DNA of 64,000 nt, taken from IMG/VR virus record IMGVR_UViG_3300014203_000001, positions 32,001-96,000 of that record. One strand, written 5' to 3'. The DNA is from a virus. Lineage: Duplodnaviria > Caudoviricetes. The position numbers and the translations under genes were made by a program. Below the pieces are notes generated by a model. It was not told where the DNA came from. It ran no database searches and worked only from the letters and a program-made list of their open reading frames with translations. The first letter of the stretch is position 1, and each line of letters begins with the position of its first letter. Shown here piece by piece: positions 58,625-64,000 of the stretch.

Positions 58625-59320
58625 CTATTTAAAGTATTTAATTTCTCCATCATATCTTTTTGACATTGCTTTGTATTGGTGCTTGTTGTATAACATGTTT
58701 AGATATCTTAATCGTATCTCTACTCTTGGAAGAACAGAATAATATTTCTGTACTCTTCCATCTATAACTAACGAATCGTCTAACCATATATTGCTATTAG
58801 ACATATCGCTATATTTCTTTCCTATATTATCCCAGTCAGGTTTGTTTATATGCCGATCTGCTCCTATCTCTGCTAGATAAGTTTCTACTGCATTGTAATA
58901 ACTGGGAGTTTGAAAATATGTAGTATATACTACATCACATGGAGTATGTATTATAGATTCTAAATTAGAAAAGTCTTGTTCAGTGACAAATCTTTCCATG
59001 AATTTATTATCTTCAGCTCCTGTGATAGAATAGACATGAACAAAACTAGGATTAGCCATTGCCATGTTAGATAAGTTCTTTCTATTTATCAATCTAAATC
59101 TAGGTCGAGGTGATCCCTCTGGTACTTCATATAGAACTATAAATATCTCGGTATAATACATTTCTTCTTGCATTCTACGATACATATCTACTATTTGATC
59201 TGCTTTCTTATCGGTTATCTTCAGCTTATCATATAACCAGTTTAATCTTTCTAGATATTCCCTAGGAATTTCATTGTACTTGTTCTCGTATATTAGTTCT
59301 TTTTCATTTCTTTTCTTCAT
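58625..59320 (-). CDS. rusA: RusA-like Holliday junction resolvase
   Basis: PRPRF, KPDWDNIGK..D, IWLDDSLV, KYYS..PRVEI. Confidence 0.85.
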   Translation of the reverse strand: MKKRNEKELIYENKYNEIPREYLERLNWLYDKLKITDKKADQIVDMYRRMQEEMYYTEIFIVLYEVPEGSPRPRFRLINRKNLSNMAMANPSFVHVYSITGAEDNKFMERFVTEQDFSNLESIIHTPCDVVYTTYFQTPSYYNAVETYLAEIGADRHINKPDWDNIGKKYSDMSNSNIWLDDSLVIDGRVQKYYSVLPRVEIRLRYLNMLYNKHQYKAMSKRYDGEIKYFK

Positions 59321-59337
59321 TTATTCACCGCCAAATT

Positions 59338-59372
59338 ATAAAGCTAAAGCCACGTATGGGCTTTAGCTTTAT
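59338..59372. terminator. hairpin overlapping GACA-N6-TA late-promoter variant
   Basis: ataaagctaaagcc-acgtatg-ggctttagctttat. Confidence 0.6.
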
Positions 59373-59395
59373 GTCTCTATGTATATAATTTCCTA

Positions 59396-61264
59396 TTATT
59401 TTCTAAACAGATTCATCATTTTATTAGTAGCCCACTGGTCCATGCCACCTGCCAAATCTGTATATACTTTATCAGTAAATTTGTTTCTAAAATACTGAGA
59501 ATAGTAGAACATAGCAGTTCTCTGTAGATCAGGTTCGTTGATATTGACACCGCATAGGTTGCCTATATAGTCCATCAAAGTTATATTGCTTAGTACGCCA
59601 TTGGATATATTTTTATTTGTCGTGATAGCCATTGTTCCGTATAGTTCTTTAATGGTGAAATTTACATCTACTATTGTTGGCAATCCACTAGCCGTCCAGC
59701 TACCTTCTTGCCCTTTGGTAATAGACATACTTGATATAATTCCCATATCACAATTAAATAGACCTTTATATGATCCTCTAACTAAGAATGGGGAAACATA
59801 TCCATTTGGTCCTACCGATCTAGGGCATACAAATCCTACTAGATGTAATATAGGAACTATTATATTTAAATATATACTATAGTCATCGCAATCTGGAGAG
59901 ATAAGTTTTAGATGGACACTATAATCTCTTGAGAATTGCGAATCGTTCCATATCTCTGGAAATATTAATTTACCACCAGCTATTACTGTGTTTACTCCAC
60001 TCATTATACCACCAATAAGATTACTAACAGATCCACCACTAGCTCCCAATATCTTACCAGTCATAGAATCTTTATTCTCTTGGCTTCTGCCTAATGCTTT
60101 TTCTTGACCAAATGCATCAAATTGTTGACCAGCCATTGCTGAAGAAGTACCCATTAAGAAATTTATTTCTCTACCCATTTCGGATATACCATTTACTTTT
60201 CCTGCTATTGCAGATTGACCTGTGCTATTAGAGAAAGAATCTCCTATTTGAGTATCTGAATTTATATAGAATGCCATACCGCCTTTGTAATTTAAAATTC
60301 TATGTATTTCTTCGTTATTATTATCTTGCCACGAATAGTTATTTAATTCTTTATCAAAATATTTCCTATCACCTATACCCATAATTTGTGCAGCTGCTCT
60401 ACACATTGGATTTACATGGTTAAAATATTCAGTCCAATTTAACTTTAACCCATAGTATTTTCCTTTACCATTTAATAATTCATCTAGTTCAGACTTGGTT
60501 CCAGTAGCAGATCCAAATAAGTCTATCATATAATTTACTAGCTTTTCCTTTGAATCTTTATCATACCCAGCTAGAAATTCTGGAGTCCCTGGAGTCAGTA
60601 TAAGGAGAGGAATTCTGGCGACTATTTTCTCTGCATATTTTCTGCCAAAAGATGAATATTCATCCCCATCATCTATTCTTCTATCTGCTATTGACATATA
60701 CTGATACGGCATACCAAATATACCCTTAAGTGATTTTACTCTAAGTCCATTCAATTCAGCTGATATTGTTTGTGTATTTGTATTAACAATGCTAGATGTA
60801 GAAGTATTAGAAGTTATCCAAGTTTTATCCTTTTCAGTTGCTGCAGCAGTAGCACTTTCAGATACATCAGAACTAGCTGTAGAATATGCTATAATAGAAG
60901 ACAGTGTAACCCAATATGTTTTTTCTCCACTCTTTATCTGAATCTTCTCAGCTGATTCGACAACAGTCACTATGAATATAGCATCTGTTTCAGCTATAGC
61001 ATCACCATTAATAGTTACTGGATTGGTTAGTTTCACAGTCGTTCCAACTTCTATTTTAGTATCATTATTTCCTATTTTAACTGCTATTAGAGTAGAACTA
61101 TTTGCATATCCATAAGCCCATCCGTTTTGTGTATGATACCAGCCATTTGTTATTTCGCTAACTAGAGTATTAGCATTAGCTGCTAACTCACCCATAATTT
61201 GAGAATCCATTGTGCAATCTGATCTTAACGAAACATCTTTGGTAAATTTATATACATCATTCAT
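59396..61264 (-). CDS. baseplate/tail-tube cap protein (gp48-like) with SH3-like N-terminus
   Basis: SRDYSV..KL, YVSPFLV, GLPTIVDVNFTIKEL; late promoter at 61292-61303. Confidence 0.5.
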   Translation of the reverse strand: MNDVYKFTKDVSLRSDCTMDSQIMGELAANANTLVSEITNGWYHTQNGWAYGYANSSTLIAVKIGNNDTKIEVGTTVKLTNPVTINGDAIAETDAIFIVTVVESAEKIQIKSGEKTYWVTLSSIIAYSTASSDVSESATAAATEKDKTWITSNTSTSSIVNTNTQTISAELNGLRVKSLKGIFGMPYQYMSIADRRIDDGDEYSSFGRKYAEKIVARIPLLILTPGTPEFLAGYDKDSKEKLVNYMIDLFGSATGTKSELDELLNGKGKYYGLKLNWTEYFNHVNPMCRAAAQIMGIGDRKYFDKELNNYSWQDNNNEEIHRILNYKGGMAFYINSDTQIGDSFSNSTGQSAIAGKVNGISEMGREINFLMGTSSAMAGQQFDAFGQEKALGRSQENKDSMTGKILGASGGSVSNLIGGIMSGVNTVIAGGKLIFPEIWNDSQFSRDYSVHLKLISPDCDDYSIYLNIIVPILHLVGFVCPRSVGPNGYVSPFLVRGSYKGLFNCDMGIISSMSITKGQEGSWTASGLPTIVDVNFTIKELYGTMAITTNKNISNGVLSNITLMDYIGNLCGVNINEPDLQRTAMFYYSQYFRNKFTDKVYTDLAGGMDQWATNKMMNLFRK

Positions 61265-61291
61265 TTAGTTCACCTCTTACTTATGTAATTT

Positions 61292-61303
61292 TAATATAGT
61301 GTT
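61292..61303 (-). promoter_or_regulatory. late promoter
   Basis: AACA CTATAT TA. Confidence 0.7.
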
Positions 61304-61327
61304 AGGAAGGTCAATTAAGACCTTCCT
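61304..61327. terminator. hairpin
   Basis: aggaaggtc-aattaa-gaccttcct. Confidence 0.65.
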
Positions 61328-61333
61328 TGTATA

Positions 61334-64000
61334 TCACCTTGCAATGATAGCCTGCATAGAATTTATGATACTTTGAGTATCTTTACCAGCCATTAGATCA
61401 CCTGTTCCATTAGTACTTCCATTTCCAGCTGTAGATAATTTACTCATTATAGAAGCCGCTGGGTTGGTAGCATTCTGCTGGGTAGTACTATTAGCAGTAG
61501 CTGGTTTAGTTTGAGCACCAAGAGCTGTTGCTATTGAAGTTAATAGAGCAATCATAGTATCGAACTTAGCTCCATAATCTGCTCCACCAATACTAGCAGC
61601 AGAAGTGGCAACCTTAGCTAATTGTTGTTGTGTTTGAACTAGACTTTGGGCTGCTTGGGTTACGGCTTGAGTTGACTGTGTAGGTTTGTTAATATCAATA
61701 ACATTCTTCTCTACTTTATTAACAATGGAATTTGGTTTAGGAGTATCTTTTTTATTGTTATTAACTAGAGAATTCTTATCATTTAATAGATTATTCACGA
61801 TAGAAAGTTTATCTTTGTTTGGGTTTGTTACAGAGTTATCCGTTGGCTTATCCGATACAGGAACGGATTTAGCTAGTTCTGCATTTTTAGCATTCTTAGC
61901 AGCAATAACATCATTGGAATCTCCAGGCTGTATTGCATTGTAATCAGCTGTGTCATCAGTACTATAATTAGAATCCGTAATGGCTCTGGATTTTTCAATA
62001 ATAGCTTGATATTGATCTGGATCTTCAGTTGCCAGTTGAGCTAATGCGTCTGCCATTTCTCCTGCTTTGGAAGTATTATCATATTCGCGGTTCATATATG
62101 ATGCTACCTCTTCAGCACTATATGCAAATGCACCTTTACCATATTTCTTAGATCTGCCATACTTGCCTTTAGCATTTTTGGCTTTCTTATTAGCTCCAGG
62201 TAAGTAATTACCGATACCGAATTTGCCTAATCCGTACTTACCCGCGCCAGTTTGACTACCAGGTCCTGCTTCTGCTGCTACGTCTATTCCGTTTGTTTTC
62301 GCGCCACTAACAACATTAGCATTACCAGCACCAGTAGAAACGTAACCCCAGATCTTATCTGCTCCCCATGTATCTGCCATTGGACCATGTTTTACTTTTA
62401 GAGTACTAGATGAATTACCGAAGAACCCACCTTGACCATCTGCAATAACTGCATGATCTGGACCGTCAGCTTCAGTCATATTATTATTAGTATCTACTAA
62501 AGCTATATCTCCTTCAGCGCCACCCTGTGATGCTTCTTTCCATAGACCAGATGATTTAGCCTGATCTTTAAGAGTAGGACAATATAGATCCATTTGATCA
62601 GCGAATGGATTTCCTGCATGTTGCAGATAGTCTTTAGCAAATGCGGTACAGCCATTAGGACCGTATCCTTGCGGTTGATCGCTAGATACTAATTGATTAG
62701 CCCAATCCGAAGCCTTTTTAATTCCTTCGTTTGTGCTACTAGAAGTGAATGATCCATTGCTAGAACTAGAATTATTTTTGGAACCATCAGTTTTCTTTTT
62801 GGAACCGAATATACTAGAGAATGGATTATCGTCGCCGAATATAGTTTTTATAGTACTGTCTCCGAACATTTTACTAGCCGAACTCATGATGTTACCTGCT
62901 AGTGGTTTAAATGCTCCCTGTACACTTCCTGCTAATTGTTTAGCTTGAGCTATAGCTCCATCTAAGAAACTACCAGAACTGGCAGTAGTTGCTGCGGCAG
63001 GTGTAGTCGCTGGAGTCGCTGCAGCGGGGGTTGGTGTGGTTGCAGGAGGAGTTGTAGTATCGGCAGGAGCAGAAGATGTTAATCCGTCTGGACCTCTTCC
63101 CCATTTACCTTTACCCCCACTAAGATCTAAAGCACCACTCATTACACTAGATAATTCAGCCAGCTTACCAAATAATCCAGTATTCTTTGGTTTGTTAGAT
63201 CCAGAAGATGCAGTACCACTAGTTCTTTTACCAAATTTAGAACTATCAACTAGAGAGGTATCATACTTTCCTGGTATTTGTGCTATACCTGCTGATACGC
63301 CATTTATATATTCATCTACACTAGCTCCATAATATCCATTATCTTTAAGAGCCTGTGCAAATTCTGGTACAGAATTGGTTCCTATTACACCGTCACATTT
63401 TTTAATATATCCAGCATAATATTCAGCCCATTCCTCTGGAGCGCCAAAGTGCATATAATAACAAGTTCCATCTGGTTGTTTGTCAGCTGGATCTCCTGTA
63501 GGTTGACTTTGTGTCATTCCACCGAAATTATAATTTTCTTTAGCTAATCGACTAGAAAATCCTCCACTCTCATGATACCATTGACCATATACAAACTCAG
63601 GCTTGAGTCCTATCTTTTCACTAACCCAGTTAGCTAAAGCCCACATATGTTCTGGGTTTAAATCTCCACCTCTTCCCCATTTACCTTTACCTGATTTGGT
63701 TTTAACAGGGTCATTTTTGGAGGCGATATGAATATCATGGCTATACCCCATACCATATTTACCTTTACCACTCTTTTTCTTATTGGCTCCAGGTAAGTAA
63801 TTACCGAGACCGAATTTGCCTAATCCTTTACCAGCAGCTATAGCCATAGAGGATTTATTTAGAACATCACTAGCTTTATACACTTGATCTGGTGTTGTAG
63901 ATTCTGGATCTTGTACTGTTATATTACCTTTTCCATCCATTCCAGTTCCTACTACATAGTGATTGTATTCACCGTATGGATTTTTAGAATTAACACCTTT
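61334..64000 (-). CDS. C-terminal part of a large tail / tape-measure lysin (end of C39-like peptidase, GH73 glucosaminidase, CHAP/NlpC-like amidase)
   Basis: Frame open to window edge (NHYVVGTGMD..G.I.VQDP); QWYHESG..NFGGM..LKDNGYY; NGCTAFA...GDI...DHAVI. Confidence 0.75.
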   Translation of the reverse strand, partial: KGVNSKNPYGEYNHYVVGTGMDGKGNITVQDPESTTPDQVYKASDVLNKSSMAIAAGKGLGKFGLGNYLPGANKKKSGKGKYGMGYSHDIHIASKNDPVKTKSGKGKWGRGGDLNPEHMWALANWVSEKIGLKPEFVYGQWYHESGGFSSRLAKENYNFGGMTQSQPTGDPADKQPDGTCYYMHFGAPEEWAEYYAGYIKKCDGVIGTNSVPEFAQALKDNGYYGASVDEYINGVSAGIAQIPGKYDTSLVDSSKFGKRTSGTASSGSNKPKNTGLFGKLAELSSVMSGALDLSGGKGKWGRGPDGLTSSAPADTTTPPATTPTPAAATPATTPAAATTASSGSFLDGAIAQAKQLAGSVQGAFKPLAGNIMSSASKMFGDSTIKTIFGDDNPFSSIFGSKKKTDGSKNNSSSSNGSFTSSSTNEGIKKASDWANQLVSSDQPQGYGPNGCTAFAKDYLQHAGNPFADQMDLYCPTLKDQAKSSGLWKEASQGGAEGDIALVDTNNNMTEADGPDHAVIADGQGGFFGNSSSTLKVKHGPMADTWGADKIWGYVSTGAGNANVVSGAKTNGIDVAAEAGPGSQTGAGKYGLGKFGIGNYLPGANKKAKNAKGKYGRSKKYGKGAFAYSAEEVASYMNREYDNTSKAGEMADALAQLATEDPDQYQAIIEKSRAITDSNYSTDDTADYNAIQPGDSNDVIAAKNAKNAELAKSVPVSDKPTDNSVTNPNKDKLSIVNNLLNDKNSLVNNNKKDTPKPNSIVNKVEKNVIDINKPTQSTQAVTQAAQSLVQTQQQLAKVATSAASIGGADYGAKFDTMIALLTSIATALGAQTKPATANSTTQQNATNPAASIMSKLSTAGNGSTNGTGDLMAGKDTQSIINSMQAIIAR

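Noticed and set aside
3845-63332. Many short antisense ORFs in the track
   Set aside because: They overlap longer RBS-supported genes, lack RBSs and show antisense-type composition
1-64000. Stop-codon reassignment
   Set aside because: Genes tile densely under code 11 and TAA, TAG and TGA all act as stops
1-64000. tRNA/rRNA, chimallin, PhuZ, integrase or transposase
   Set aside because: None recognisable by eye; divergent homologues cannot be excluded without HMM searches

Overview
AT-rich segment of a jumbo myophage of the AR9/PBS1 (phiKZ-related) type, probably infecting a Bacillota host (strong GGAGG ribosome-binding sites). It encodes a DnaG primase, a sigma-like promoter-specificity subunit (AR9 gp226-like), a GroEL-like chaperonin, a catalytic beta-prime RNAP subunit (DYDGD), a probable major capsid protein with an acidic scaffold-like neighbour, baseplate/tail genes, four paralogous head proteins, RusA, a GH73 lysin, a CbbX/SpoVK-type AAA ATPase and blocks of small early genes. 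Two promoter classes are visible: an early TATATATTATA(T)A-x-x-TG motif and a late (A)AC(A/T)-N6-TA motif. There are also about 20 often perfectly palindromic terminators. The most interesting candidate system is at 30.2-36.5 kb. Three late proteins carry 'cargo' domains (PD-(D/E)XK nuclease, PemK/MazF RNase, GNAT, SLOG, permuted papain-like peptidase) between prohead-protease-like xxE motifs, and two paralogous early genes sit where antitoxins would. Other leads: a natural Gly at the recalled uracil-discriminating position of the sigma-like factor, direct repeats bracketing tail-lysin domains, RBS-containing direct repeats around single genes, and two candidate -1 frameshifts. All family calls come from motif recognition and memory, not database searches.
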